64,000 bases of DNA from an uncultured Chloroflexia bacterium (GCA_963700285.1 CAVOXA010000009.1:256001-320000), one strand, 5' to 3'. Positions 10,486-21,400 are shown, counted from the first letter of the stretch. Notes: a model not told the origin generated them from the letters alone. Numbers and translations: made by a program.

Positions 10486-10950
10486 TCAGACCGAGTTGGA
10501 AAACGGCCGCAGATGGTAATGGGTCCCCGTGATATATCGCTCCAACTGCTCGATCATGAACTCTTGATGGGATATGATGGCCTTGACCACATCCCCGATA
10601 GAGATCACGCCGACCACCTGATCATCTTCCAGCACGGGAAGATGGCGCACGCGCTTATCGGTCATCAGGGCCATGCACTCCTCGGTGCTCTGCTCGGGGC
10701 TCACATAGACCACCCTTTCAGTCATGATCTCCCCAACCCAGGTATCTTTAGCCGACTTGCCCTGGAGGGTGACCTTGCGAGCATAGTCCCGCTCCGACAA
10801 GATGCCCCCCAGACGGTCCCCATCCATGACCAGCACCGCCCCGATGTTCTTATCTGCCATCAATTGGAGCGCATCGTAAACTGGAACATCGCACCCAATT
10901 GACCAGACCTCGTGGCCCTTGTTCCGCAACATTTCCCTAACTGTAGTCAT
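10486..10950 (-). CDS. CBS-domain pair protein
   Basis: 'GILSERDYARKV', 'RHLPV', 'VISIGDVVK'; ATG 10950 behind GGAGGAGG. Confidence 0.92.
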   Translation of the reverse strand: MTTVREMLRNKGHEVWSIGCDVPVYDALQLMADKNIGAVLVMDGDRLGGILSERDYARKVTLQGKSAKDTWVGEIMTERVVYVSPEQSTEECMALMTDKRVRHLPVLEDDQVVGVISIGDVVKAIISHQEFMIEQLERYITGTHYHLRPFSNSV

Positions 10951-11143
10951 TGTTGGCCTCCTCCTTCCGCCAGCGATCTCGGGCGCCATTATAGCACAAG
11001 ATCTGGCCTGGCGTCAACCGCCGGGTTCAAGGCATGGTGGCTGGTGGCCCGAGTCTGACCGCCAAGTCTATGACCCTTTCTGGGCTGCTGCATCAACGGC
11101 CGGCGCACGCACGGCTGGGTCGCGCAACAGAGCTACTGCTCAA

Positions 11144-11180
11144 TAGAACATTTGAGCGGAAACGCCTTCTGTGGTACAAT
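11144..11180 (+). promoter_or_regulatory. Promoter overlapped by a LexA/SOS-box-like site
   Basis: TAGAACATTTGAGC overlapping TTGAGC-17 nt-TACAAT, 8 nt before ATG 11189. Confidence 0.5.
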
Positions 11181-11188
11181 GGTCCCCG

Positions 11189-13672
11189 ATGGACACAGCC
11201 ACCTTTCTCAAGCAGATCAAGAACCTGCCCGGCTACCGGGACCAGGTCGTCCACGTCGAGCGGCTGCCCGCCCGCCGGGCGCGCTACGGCAAGCTGGACC
11301 GGCCCCTGCCGCCGGCCCTGGAGGCGGCCCTGCGCGGCATCGGCGCCGAGCAGCTCTATACGCCACCAGGCCCAGGCCATCAACGCCGTCCGCGCCGGGC
11401 CAGCACGTCATCCTGTCCACCGGCACGGCCAGCGGCAAGACCCTGGCCTACAACCTCCCGGTCCTGGAGGCCCTCCTCGCCGACTCCCGGGCCCGGGCCC
11501 TGTACCTCTTTCCCACCAAGGCCCTGGCCCAGGACCAACTCCGCGGCCTGCGCGAACTGGCCCAGGGCGAGCGGCCTGCGGGCAGCAAGCGCTTTGGCAC
11601 CTACGACGGCGACACACCCCAGGGCGCCCGCGCCCGCCTGCGCCGCGAGGCGCAGCATCCTGCTCACCAACCCCGACATGCTCCACCTGGGCATCCTGCC
11701 CAACCACACCCTGTGGGCCGACTTTTTCGCCAACCTGCGCTTCGTCGTCCTCGACGAGGCCCACGTCTACCGGGGCGTGTTTGGCTCCCACGTGGGCTGC
11801 GTGCTGCGGCGGCTGTGGCGGGTCTGCGCCCGCTACGGCGCGGCGCCCCAGATCATCGCCTGCTCGGCCACCATCGCCAACCCCGGCGAGCACCTGCAGC
11901 CGCCTGACCGGCGTCGAGCCGGTGGTCGTGGACGACGACGGCGCGCCCCGCGGCGCCCGCGACTTTGTCCTCTGGAATCCGCCCTTTGTGGACCAGGCCC
12001 AGACCGCCGCGGCGCAGCGCCAACATCGAGGCGGCGCGCCTCTTTGCCCGACTGGTGCAGGCCGGCATCCGCACCATCACCTTTACCCGCGCCCGCCGCG
12101 TGGCCGAGCTGATCCTGCTCTACGCCCGCCGCATCCTGGAGGACGACGCTCCAGGCTCTGGCGCGACCGGGTGCGCGCCTACCGCGCCGGCTACCGCCCC
12201 GAGCAGCGCCGCGAGATCGAGCGCGGCCTGCGCCCCGGCGGCGACCTGCTGGGCGTGACCGCCACCTCGGCCCTGGAGCTGGGCATCGACATCGGCGACC
12301 TGGACGCCTCGGTGCTGGTCGGCTATCCGGGCACCATCGCCAGCCTGTGGCAGCAGGCCGGGCGGGCCGGGACGGGGCACGCGCCGCGCCCTGTCGGTGC
12401 TCATCGCCCTGGACAACCCGCTGGACCAGTACTTCATGCGCCATCCCCGGGACCTGTTTGGCCGGCCCCACGAGCACGCGCTCATCGACCCCTCCAATCC
12501 CTACATCCTGGAGCAGCACCTGCCCTGCGCCGCCCACGAGATTCCCGCTGTCGCGGGGCTCGGAGGAGGAGGGCAGACCTATGCGACGCCCTCCGCTGCC
12601 CGCTCGCGCACCGCGCCGGGCGCTGCCGGGCCGTCGCCGGCGAACAGCCCCCGGCCGCAGCCCAGCCAGCGGCAGCACCCACGCCCAAGCCGCCGCTGCC
12701 CCCTGGCCTGGCCCAGGGCGACGACGAGGCGCTCTTCGGCGCCGGGTTCGTGCCGGCCATGATCGCCCTGGAAGAAAGCGGGCGAGCTGGAGTACCGTCG
12801 GGGCGAGGGTCGGACCGCTGGTACCCCCGGCCCGGCGCCTATCCGGCCCAGAAGGTCTCGCTGCGGGCCCTGGCCGGCTCGCGGGTGGCGCTGCTCAACG
12901 CCGCCGCAGACTACCGCCTGCTGGAAGAGATCGAGGGCACCATCGGCCCTGTACCGCGTCCACCCCGGCGCCATCTATCTCCACCAGGGCGAGTCGTTCC
13001 TGGTGCGCGAGCTGGACCTGGACGCCGGGCACGCCATCCTCGAGCCGGTGCAGGTGAACTACTACACCCAGCCCCGCGAGATCAACGACGTGCGCATCCT
13101 GCGTTCGGTGGCCCACAAGCAGGTCGGCGCGGCGACGGCGCACCTGGGCGAGGTGCGGGTCACGCAGCAGGTGATCGGCTACCGGCGGGTGCAGCAGTTC
13201 CGCGAGGAGGTGCTGGGCGTGGAGGATCTGGACCTGCCGGCCCAGACCTTTGACACGGTGGCCCTGTGGTGGGAGGTGCCGCCGGACATCCTGGCCCAGG
13301 TGCAGCGGCGGCGGACTCGATCCGGCCGGCGGGCTGCACGCCGTGGAGCACGCGGCCATCGGCCTGCTGCCGCTGTTTGCCATGTGCGACCGCTGGGACA
13401 TCGGCGGGCTGTCGACGCCGCACCATCCCGACACCGGCACGGCGCTGGTCTTCATCTACGACGCCTTTCCGGGCGGCGTGGGCATCGCCGAGAAGGGATT
13501 CGACCTGCTGGCGGAGCTGTGGCGCGCGACCTACGAGGCGGTCCGCGACTGCCCCTGCGAGGATGGGCTGTCCGAGCTGTATCCAGAGCCCCAAGTGCGG
13601 CAACAACAACGAGCCGCTGGACAAAGCAGGCGGCGCGTCCTGATCCTGGCCGATCTGCTGAGGGGTACTTGA
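11189..13672 (+). CDS. DEAD/DEAH-box helicase with C-terminal DUF1998 Zn domain (MrfA/Hrq1/SftH family); heavily frameshifted
   Basis: [49 protein letters not shown], 'YDAFPGGVG', CPC...[19 protein letters not shown] spread over several frames. Confidence 0.9.
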
Positions 13673-13913
13673 CTCCTGTCCTTCTGCTGGGTTTTGATTT
13701 GCTTGTGACGCTACCTTCGCACAGTTGGCGGATACACGCTTTGGCGTCCATCAGCGCCTGACCTTCCGCCAGCAATTCTAAATCTGTTGTTGGAACTTTA
13801 CTCGCTTTGCCATCTGGCCCCTCCGATCTCGCGCGATCACGACCAAGCCATTCCCCCACCATACATACGCTATCTCCCTTCGTTGAGAATTGCTGGAGCG
13901 CTTCCCTCTAGAA

Positions 13914-13942
13914 TTGACTCCTAGGCGCTTTTGCGATAGAAT
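13914..13942 (+). promoter_or_regulatory. Sigma70 promoter
   Basis: TTGACT-17 nt-TAGAAT. Confidence 0.6.
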
Positions 13943-14088
13943 CGCTTTTTACCCCTTTTGTGCTGGTGCTTGTGTGCTCTTTCACCGGGGCTGATCAGTG
14001 TTTTGATCTGGTACGGCATGGCAAAACCTGCGGAACGTGGGAGTCAGGCCTTCTGGTCGGGGCTGATCCAGGAGGAGGGAGGAACAAG

Positions 14089-14430
14089 ATGGCAAGTGAT
14101 ACGGAACTGCATCTGATCCAGCGCGCTCGGGCACTCGTAGACGAAGGCTTCTATGTGAACAACCTGCGCGACGTGGTCGACCTGTACCGGGAACCATCCC
14201 TTGTGACCAGGTGGCCCACGGCCCTTTTTGTGTTGCGGACGATCACGCTGAATATCATCTACGAATGGGACAAACAGCCCGTTGTTTCTGCTGATGCGGA
14301 CAGGGTTCGCGCTCAACTGCAGCCCCTGTTCCGCCAGGTCTTGGACCTACTGGCCAGCGACGCAGACGCCGCGCAGGTTTATGCCGCGCTGGACGACCTT
14401 GTGCTGGCCTGGACAGAACTCAGCATCTAG
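14089..14430 (+). CDS. Hypothetical helical protein (113 aa)
   Basis: Very strong [15 protein letters not shown] before ATG 14089; upstream promoter; no recognised motif. Confidence 0.7.
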   Translation: MASDTELHLIQRARALVDEGFYVNNLRDVVDLYREPSLVTRWPTALFVLRTITLNIIYEWDKQPVVSADADRVRAQLQPLFRQVLDLLASDADAAQVYAALDDLVLAWTELSI

Positions 14431-14488
14431 GGCTTCCCTGGCGACCCATTCGATCGCAGTTGGTCCTGAACTAGGGCGGGCCCAGTTT

Positions 14489-14528
14489 GTAGTGCGCGCT
14501 TCAGCGCGCTTCTACGGCGCTGAAGCAT
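14489..14528 (+). repeat. GTAG-type REP palindrome
   Basis: GTAGTGCGCGCTTCAGCGCGCTT, recurring at ~48807. Confidence 0.7.
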
Positions 14529-14603
14529 CTCCTGAGCATAGTCAAAGGCACCCCCAAGAGCGCCCACTGCGAAACAGGTTGTCTTATTAGGACCTGTTCT
14601 TTA

Positions 14604-16049
14604 TCACTGCTCCTGAACCCGATCAGGGCGCACGATCGGCGGCCTGGTCTTCCAGAAGCCTGTCGCCTGCTCAAAGGCGTGGGCTAGCTGGAGCACGCCC
14701 CAGTCATCGTGGTGCCGGCCCACGATCTGCAGACCCACCGGAAGACCCCCTTCCGTGAAGCCACAGGGTACCGAGATGGCGGGCAACCCCAAGACGCTGA
14801 TATAGTAGCAGGACTTCATCCAGTCGATATAAGTCGCCATTTCAACGCCGTTGACCTCAGTCACGTAAGGTTGGGTGACGTCAAAGGGCGGTACCTGGCT
14901 CACGGGGAAGACCATGAACTCGTACTCTTCCATGAACTGCCGGGTGCGCTGGTATAGTTCCGTGTGCTTGCGCTCCGCACGGCCGATCTGGGGGCCCGTC
15001 AGTTTTTTCCCCTCCTCGATGTTCCAGACAATGGTGTCCTTTATCTGCCCAGGGTGGCTGTCCAACAGATCTCCATAGGACAGCTCAAACTGCCAGGCTC
15101 GGAGGACTTTGAAGGCTTTGTCTGCTCCGGCGAAATCAGGCTGGGTTCGGTCGACCCGGCAGCCCAGTTCATCGAAAACCCCGCGCTGGTCCTCCAGCAC
15201 GGCTGTGACCCGTGGGTCGACGGGCAGCCCTCCGAAGTCTGGGCTCCACGCAATCTGAACACCGTGGAAATCGCGATCCAGCGGTCGCCGGAACCCCTCA
15301 CCTGATTCAGCGATGGAGATCGGGGAGCGTGGATCGGGTCCGGCCATGGCGCTGATCAGGAGGGCCGCGTCGCCCACGGTACGGGCCATCGGCCCTTGCA
15401 CGCCCAACGTTGTCCAAGCAGCCAGGCTTGGCCACGAGGGTACGCGGCCGGGAGACGGTCGGAAGCCGACCACATTGCAATAGTTGGCCGGGTTGCGCAG
15501 GGAGCCGCCCATGTCGCTGCCGTCGGCGATGGGGATCAGGCCGCAGGCCAGGGCCACTGCTGCCCCGCCGCTGCTGCCACCACAGGTCTTGGACAGGTCG
15601 TAGGGGTTTCTGGTAACGCCAAAGACCTCGTTGTAGGTCTGGGACCCCGCGCCAAACTCGGGCGTGTTGGTCTTGCCGATGGTCAGCGCCCCGGCCGCCC
15701 TGAGGCGTTCGACGATGAGGGCATCTTCCTCCGGGACAAAATCGGCAAAGATGGGTGATCCGAAGGTCGTCCGGATCCCTTTTGTGGGGATGAGATCCTT
15801 GTGCGCGATAGGCAGGCCATGCAGCGGTCCCAGGGGCTCGCCAAGCGCCACAGCCTGGTCCGCTCGATCTGCTGATTCTATGGCGTGCTCTGGCAGCAGT
15901 GTCACGATGGCATTAACCTCAGGGTTGTAGCGCTCGATCTGCTCGAGGTGCGCAACCATGACCTCGCGCGCGGACAACTCCCTCTTACTAATGGCTTGAA
16001 CCAAGTCCCGGGCGGTCATGAAGCAGATTTCCGAATTGGACACAGTCAT
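14604..16049 (-). CDS. Amidase-signature family amidase
   Basis: HGLPIAHKD, GKTNTPEF, GGSSGG, GSDMGGSLRNPA. Confidence 0.95.
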   Translation of the reverse strand: MTVSNSEICFMTARDLVQAISKRELSAREVMVAHLEQIERYNPEVNAIVTLLPEHAIESADRADQAVALGEPLGPLHGLPIAHKDLIPTKGIRTTFGSPIFADFVPEEDALIVERLRAAGALTIGKTNTPEFGAGSQTYNEVFGVTRNPYDLSKTCGGSSGGAAVALACGLIPIADGSDMGGSLRNPANYCNVVGFRPSPGRVPSWPSLAAWTTLGVQGPMARTVGDAALLISAMAGPDPRSPISIAESGEGFRRPLDRDFHGVQIAWSPDFGGLPVDPRVTAVLEDQRGVFDELGCRVDRTQPDFAGADKAFKVLRAWQFELSYGDLLDSHPGQIKDTIVWNIEEGKKLTGPQIGRAERKHTELYQRTRQFMEEYEFMVFPVSQVPPFDVTQPYVTEVNGVEMATYIDWMKSCYYISVLGLPAISVPCGFTEGGLPVGLQIVGRHHDDWGVLQLAHAFEQATGFWKTRPPIVRPDRVQEQ

Positions 16050-16173
16050 CCTCCTTCAGGCTAGAGATGATCCTGCCACGGCTTCCCTCTGGATGTTATA
16101 GCACATTCCCGGGCACAGTTCAAGTCTCAAGGGCGTTGGAACGTTAAAACGCTGAACCAGAGGGAGAGTCATC

Positions 16174-16237
16174 TTGACAACATCGGGCAGACTGGTGTAT
16201 CATTTCGATTAGTGGAATACAATTCCACTATCCGGAA
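16174..16237 (+). promoter_or_regulatory. Promoter and tandem IclR-type operator
   Basis: TTGACA-18 nt-TATCAT; perfect palindrome TAGTGGAAT-ACA-ATTCCACTA (16210-16230) formed by two 15-bp sites TTTCGATTAGTGGAA and TTCCACTATCCGGAA. Confidence 0.7.
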
Positions 16238-16295
16238 CGATTTTCGCCCAGATTCTTGTGGCGCCATGTCCTGATTCTGTCCTGGGAGTGCTACC

Positions 16296-17078
16296 GTGCT
16301 CAATGCCTCGTCGGTGGCAGCCGTTGATAGATTGGTGAGAATACTGGATAGCTTTTCGGCAGAGCAGCCGGGATGGTCCCTGGCGGAGCTCAGCGCCCAC
16401 CTGCAGTTGCCAAAAAGCACGCTTCACCGCTTCCTGGTAAGTCTTGAGACCCACGACATCCTGCGTAGGAACCCCGATGACAGGCTCTGGCGCCCCGGCT
16501 ACAGGCTATTGGGCTGGGGCGAGTTGGCGGAAAAGACCATCGGCCTGAATCATCTGGCCCGGCCACTGATGAGCGAGATCGCCGCCGCCACGGGAGAAAT
16601 GGTCGTGTTGACGGTTTACTCTGGACAAGAGGCGGTCTGTACCGAAGTGATCGATGCTCGCCACTCCGTCCGGCTGGCCTTAGAGGTTGGGACGCGGCGA
16701 CCCCTCCACGCCGGCGCATCCTCCAAAATCCTCACAGCCTACCTTCCTGAGGCCGAGGTCCAGGCTGCCATCCGAGATCGGGGCCTGCCCAGGCTATGCA
16801 CCAACACCATCACAGATCTGGAGGATCTGCAGGCCGAGCTGGCGAGGATCCGCGATCTGGGGTACGCCCAGAGCCTGGAAGAAACGGACCCGGGCGCTTG
16901 GGGCATTGCTACGCCCATCTTTGACGGTGGGGGCGCTATGGTTGGCGCCATCGGAATTGCCGGACCGATCCAGCGCTATACCGAGGATCTGGCGCGGCAG
17001 TACGTTGCCCTCTGCCGGGAAGCTTGTCAGCAGGTTTCGGAACAACTTGGCGTGCGACCAGCCCCTGACGCGTCCTGA
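16296..17078 (+). CDS. IclR-family transcriptional regulator
   Basis: HTH 'LAELSAHLQLPKSTLHRFL'; 'PLHAGASSK', 'TNTITD', 'GYA..EE', 'GIATPIFD'. Confidence 0.95.
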   Translation: MLNASSVAAVDRLVRILDSFSAEQPGWSLAELSAHLQLPKSTLHRFLVSLETHDILRRNPDDRLWRPGYRLLGWGELAEKTIGLNHLARPLMSEIAAATGEMVVLTVYSGQEAVCTEVIDARHSVRLALEVGTRRPLHAGASSKILTAYLPEAEVQAAIRDRGLPRLCTNTITDLEDLQAELARIRDLGYAQSLEETDPGAWGIATPIFDGGGAMVGAIGIAGPIQRYTEDLARQYVALCREACQQVSEQLGVRPAPDAS

Positions 17079-17171
17079 TCTCGGTGGTTTGTGTGTATGA
17101 GATAGCTGGGGTACAGACAAAAAACACCAGATCCCAGATCTGGTACAAGCAGAACAGATGGAGGGACAGAT

Positions 17172-18101
17172 ATGGCTGATCTTGTCGGAATGGACATTCT
17201 CGACGGTGCGCAGTTCACCCGAAACGATCTGGTGCGGATCATGGAGGTGGCTGCTGATTTCCGGCAGCAACTTGAAGAGGGACAGCCGTCAAAGCTCATG
17301 GACGGCTATGTGATGGGCTCGCTCTTTTTTGAGCCCAGCACCCGCACCCGGCTGTCCTTCGAGACCGCGATGCACCGGCTGGGCGGTGCTGTGGTGGGTT
17401 TTGCCTCGGCCGGAGTCTCTTCCACAGCCAAAGGCGAATCGCTGGAAGATACGATCCGAACCGTTGACCAGTACGTCGACATCATTGCCATGCGCCACCC
17501 CGAGATTGGTTCCGCCCGGCGGGCGGCCGCAGTTGCCGAGGCGGTGGTACTCAATGGCGGCGACGGTGCAGGCCAGCATCCCACCCAGGCCCTGTTGGAC
17601 CTGTTTACCATCGAGTCGGAATGCGGCGGGGTCGACGGCAGGACCATCGTGCTGTGTGGCGACCTGAAGAACGGCCGTACGGTGCACGCCGGGGTCGAGC
17701 TCTACAAGCACTATGACTGCAAGATGATCTTTGTAGCGCCCCAGGCACTCGGAATGCCAGCCGGCATCACCGCCAGCCTTCGGGAACAGGGCATCCTGGT
17801 GGAAGAGACGATGGAGCTCGAGCCAGCCCTGGCCGAGGCGGACGTGTTCTACATGACCCGCATTCAGAAGGAGCGCTTTGCGGACCCGGCCGAGTACGAG
17901 AAGCTCAGTGGCAGCTATATCCTGACCCGTGAGATCGTCGAGCGCGTGAACCCAGGTGTGACGGTGCTGCATCCCCTGCCGCGGGTGGACGAGATCACGA
18001 CTGACGTGGACAGCCTGCCCGGCGCAGCCTATTTCCGCCAGGCAAAGAATGGCGTCTGTATTCGCATGGCCCTGATCGCCCTGGTGCTGGGCAAGGTGTA
18101 G
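17172..18101 (+). CDS. pyrB: Aspartate carbamoyltransferase (catalytic chain)
   Basis: FFEPSTRTRLSF, KGESLEDT, HPTQALLD, GDLKNGRT, TRIQKERF, HPLPR. Confidence 0.88.
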   Translation: MADLVGMDILDGAQFTRNDLVRIMEVAADFRQQLEEGQPSKLMDGYVMGSLFFEPSTRTRLSFETAMHRLGGAVVGFASAGVSSTAKGESLEDTIRTVDQYVDIIAMRHPEIGSARRAAAVAEAVVLNGGDGAGQHPTQALLDLFTIESECGGVDGRTIVLCGDLKNGRTVHAGVELYKHYDCKMIFVAPQALGMPAGITASLREQGILVEETMELEPALAEADVFYMTRIQKERFADPAEYEKLSGSYILTREIVERVNPGVTVLHPLPRVDEITTDVDSLPGAAYFRQAKNGVCIRMALIALVLGKV

Positions 18102-18136
18102 AGCTGCAAGGATGATCAGCTTTTTGGAGTGCGTAC

Positions 18137-20480
18137 ATGGACAAGCATAGATTTAACATCCTGGGCAAGGCAGCGAGGCGCAAGGACGGCGTAGCGCGGG
18201 TCACCGGCCAGGAGAAATATACGCCAGATATCAGGCTGCCGCGTATGCTCCAGGGTCGGATCTTGTCCAGCCCCTACGCCCATGCCCGCATCAAAAGCAT
18301 CGATGCCAGCGCTGCCCGAGGCGATGGGAGCTGTGGTCATCACCTGGGACGATATTCCCCACAAGCGCTACAACGAGCGCATCATCACCATTCCCTCAGT
18401 ATTACACAAAGACCACTATGTACTGGCGGACAAAGTCCGGCGCATGGGCGAGGCCGTGGCCGCTGTGGCAGCCGAGACCGAAGCCTTGGCCGAAAAAGCG
18501 ATGCGTGCCATCCGGGTCGAGTACGAGGTGCTGCCCGTCGTCACCGACCCCTTTGAAGCCATGGCGCCAGGCGCAGCGTCGATCTATGATACCATCGACT
18601 GGGGGCCCGACGAAATCAGGATCGAGAACAACATTGCCTGCCAACGCGACGTGAAAGAGGGCGATGCGGACAATGCCTTTGCCGAGGCGGACGTCGTCGT
18701 GGAGGGTCGTTTCAGCACGCAAAAGATCTACCACGCTCAGATGGAGCCCAAGTCCTGTGTCTGCCGGCCAGAGCCGGATGGCGGTCTTACCGTCTGGCCC
18801 ACGACCCAGTCGATCCACAACGTGCGCATTCTGCTGGGCGAGATTTTCGATATCCCTCTGAGCAAGATCAATGTCAAGAAGGTTCCAGTGGGTGGCACTT
18901 TTGGCTCCAGCATTCAGATGAACCCACCGATCCCCATCTGTGCGGCCCTGGCGCTCAAGGCCGGCCGGCCGGTCAGGCTCACGCTCACGCGCGAAGAGGA
19001 TGTCCACGACCACACGCGCTACGCCTCTCACATCCACCTCAAGCTGGCGGCCAAGAGCGATGGTACGCTGACCGGCGCCGAGATGGAGCTGGTGGCCGAC
19101 ATCGGCGCTCACAATATCCAGGCCTACTCTTTCCTGGGGGTCAGTGTCGGCTGGCTGGTCTCCCTGTACAAGCTGCCCAACGTATGCTACAAGGGCACAG
19201 CCGTTTACACCAACAAGGCCATCTCCTGCGCCATGCAGGGCTTTGGCAACCCCCAGGTCACCTTTGCCGCAGAATCGCTGATGGACGAGCTGGCGGACAA
19301 GCTGGGCATGGATCCGCTGACACTGCGCTTGAAGAACTATGTCGGCCTGGGTGACAGTTTCTGGGGGCAGGGGCCGCTGGTTCGCTCCATCGTACAGAGC
19401 GATGGCGTGCCCGAACTTCTGCAGCAGGGCGCGGAAGCCATCGGCTGGGATGTCCGGCCCCAGCCAGGGACCCAAACCGCTCGCCGCAGGCGGGGCATCG
19501 GCCTGGCCCGCGGCTTCCACACCTCCAGCGCTGGCGCGCCACAACCGGGCGACGTGATTGACTTTTCGGGCGCCATGGTCAAGGTGAACATCGACGGCTC
19601 CGTCGACGTCATCACGGCGTTGATGGACCACGGCGGTGGCACGCTGGAGGCCATCGCCAAGCTGGTGGCGGAGGAGTTGTGCGTGCCCCTGGACAAGGTG
19701 AACATGGCCCCGGCGGAGACCTGCTCAACCGTCTATGACTGTGTAACCCACGCCACGCGCGGCGTGTATGCTGGCGGTGGGGCGGCGGTCAAGGCGGCCA
19801 AAGAGGTGCACCAGGAATTGCTGGATACCGCTGCCCGCTACCTCAACGTCATGCCCGAAGCGCTGGCGCTGCGTCTGGACGAGGGTCTGGGGCAGAGCGT
19901 GATCTATGCCCCCTCCATGCCCGAACGGTGCATGACGTTGCAGGAACTCGCCACCCGCTGCTGGGAACAGAGCTGGAAGACCATCGCCTCGGTGGTCAGC
20001 TACCGGCCGACCAACTGCCCGCCGGCCTATGTCACGGTCTTTGTGGAAGTTGAGGTCGATACCTGGACCGGACAGGTACGGACCCTGCGGGCAGTGATGG
20101 GCAGCGACTGCGGCACGGTGGTCAACCCGGTGATGGCTGCCGGTCAACTGGAAGGTGGCCTCAGCAAGGGCGTGGGCTATGCTCTATACGAGAGCAACGA
20201 GTGGAACGCGGCTGGCCAGGTGGCCGGCGGCGGCTACTGGATCGATGCCAAGACAGCGGCCATCGGCGAGACACCCCACGTGGACGGCCTGACCATCCAT
20301 TTTGCCGATACCTACGAGCCGACTGGTCCCCATGGCGCCAAGGGGATCGGGGAGGCGGCGGCCAACCCGGTGGCGGCCGCCTACGCCAACGCCATCACCA
20401 ACGCCCTGGGAATCCGTTTCTACGAGCTACCCATCACGCCGGAAAAGATCCTGCGGGCGCTGAAAGGTGAGGAGGCTTAG
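18137..20480 (+). CDS. Xanthine dehydrogenase-family molybdopterin-binding subunit 1 (one frameshift near 18310)
   Basis: 'SPYAHARI', 'HAQMEP', 'GGTFG', 'MQGFGNPQ', 'GQLEGG', 'GAKGIGE'. Confidence 0.92.
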
Positions 20481-20509
20481 CCATGTGCCAGGAAAGCCAA
20501 GCCTATCCC

Positions 20510-21400
20510 ATGACGAACACCCACATCCTCCTGAACGAGTTTGACTATTTCGAGCCGGCCTCGCTGGCTGAGGCGTTTGCCCTGCTGGCCACGCACGGCG
20601 ATCGTGCCCAACTGCTGGCCGGCGGCTCCTATCTGCTGGTGCAGATGAAGCAGGAGCGGGCCGCGCCAGAAGTAGTGGTCAATATCAACCACGTGCATGG
20701 CTTGAGGGGCGCTGCCTGGCGCGACGACCAGCTTTGTATCGGTGCGCTTGCGACGATTCGTGAGACTCACAGTTTGCCAGTGGTACAATCCGGCTACCAG
20801 GCACTGGCCGAAGCCTGCGCTGCCTTTGGCTCGATGCAGATCCAGATGATGGGTACCCTTGGCGGGAACGTGTGCAACGGCTCACCTGCCTCCGACGCCG
20901 TGCCTGCGCTGATGGCCTTGGACGCGCGACTGGTGCTGGCCAGCCAAGGAGGGGAGCGCACTCTTCCGCTGTCCCAATTCTTGCTGGGCCCAGGCAGGAC
21001 CGCTCTGCGGGCCGGCGAGGTGCTGTCTCACGTATTGCTGCCCAAACCAGAGCAGGGAACGGGCAGCGCTTTCATCAAGCTTGCACGCGTGGCCGCCGAT
21101 CTGGCCAAGGTGAATGCCGCGGCTGTCGTCGTCCGTGACGGCGACTAGGATCAAGGACTGCAGAGTAGCCTTTGGTTCTGTGGCCCCTACGGTCATCCGG
21201 GCGGTCGAAACAGAGGCTTTCCTGCATGGCAAAGCCTTCAGCCCGGATCTGGCACTGGCCGCCGGCAAAGTCGCCATGGGCGAGATCACGCCCATTGACG
21301 ACGTGCGCTCCACGGCTTGGTACCGCCGCGAGGTGACCAGGGCGGTCACGTATGATCTTCTGATGGCGGCCTGGGATCGTGCAGCCGAGGAAAGGCCCAG
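20510..21400 (+). CDS. Xanthine dehydrogenase-family FAD-binding subunit 1 (frameshift near 21146; possibly fused to the following 2Fe-2S domain)
   Basis: 'LAGGSYL', 'QIQMMGTLGGNVCNGSPASD', 'PIDDVRSTAWYR'; 3' end uncertain. Confidence 0.8.

Noticed and set aside
11189-13672. DISARM/Druantia defence helicase (DUF1998)
   Set aside because: It is a single helicase-DUF1998 fusion with no partner defence genes, which fits the MrfA/Hrq1 repair family.
21146-21148. Stop-codon readthrough in the FAD subunit
   Set aside because: Homology continues in a different frame, so this is an indel and not recoding.
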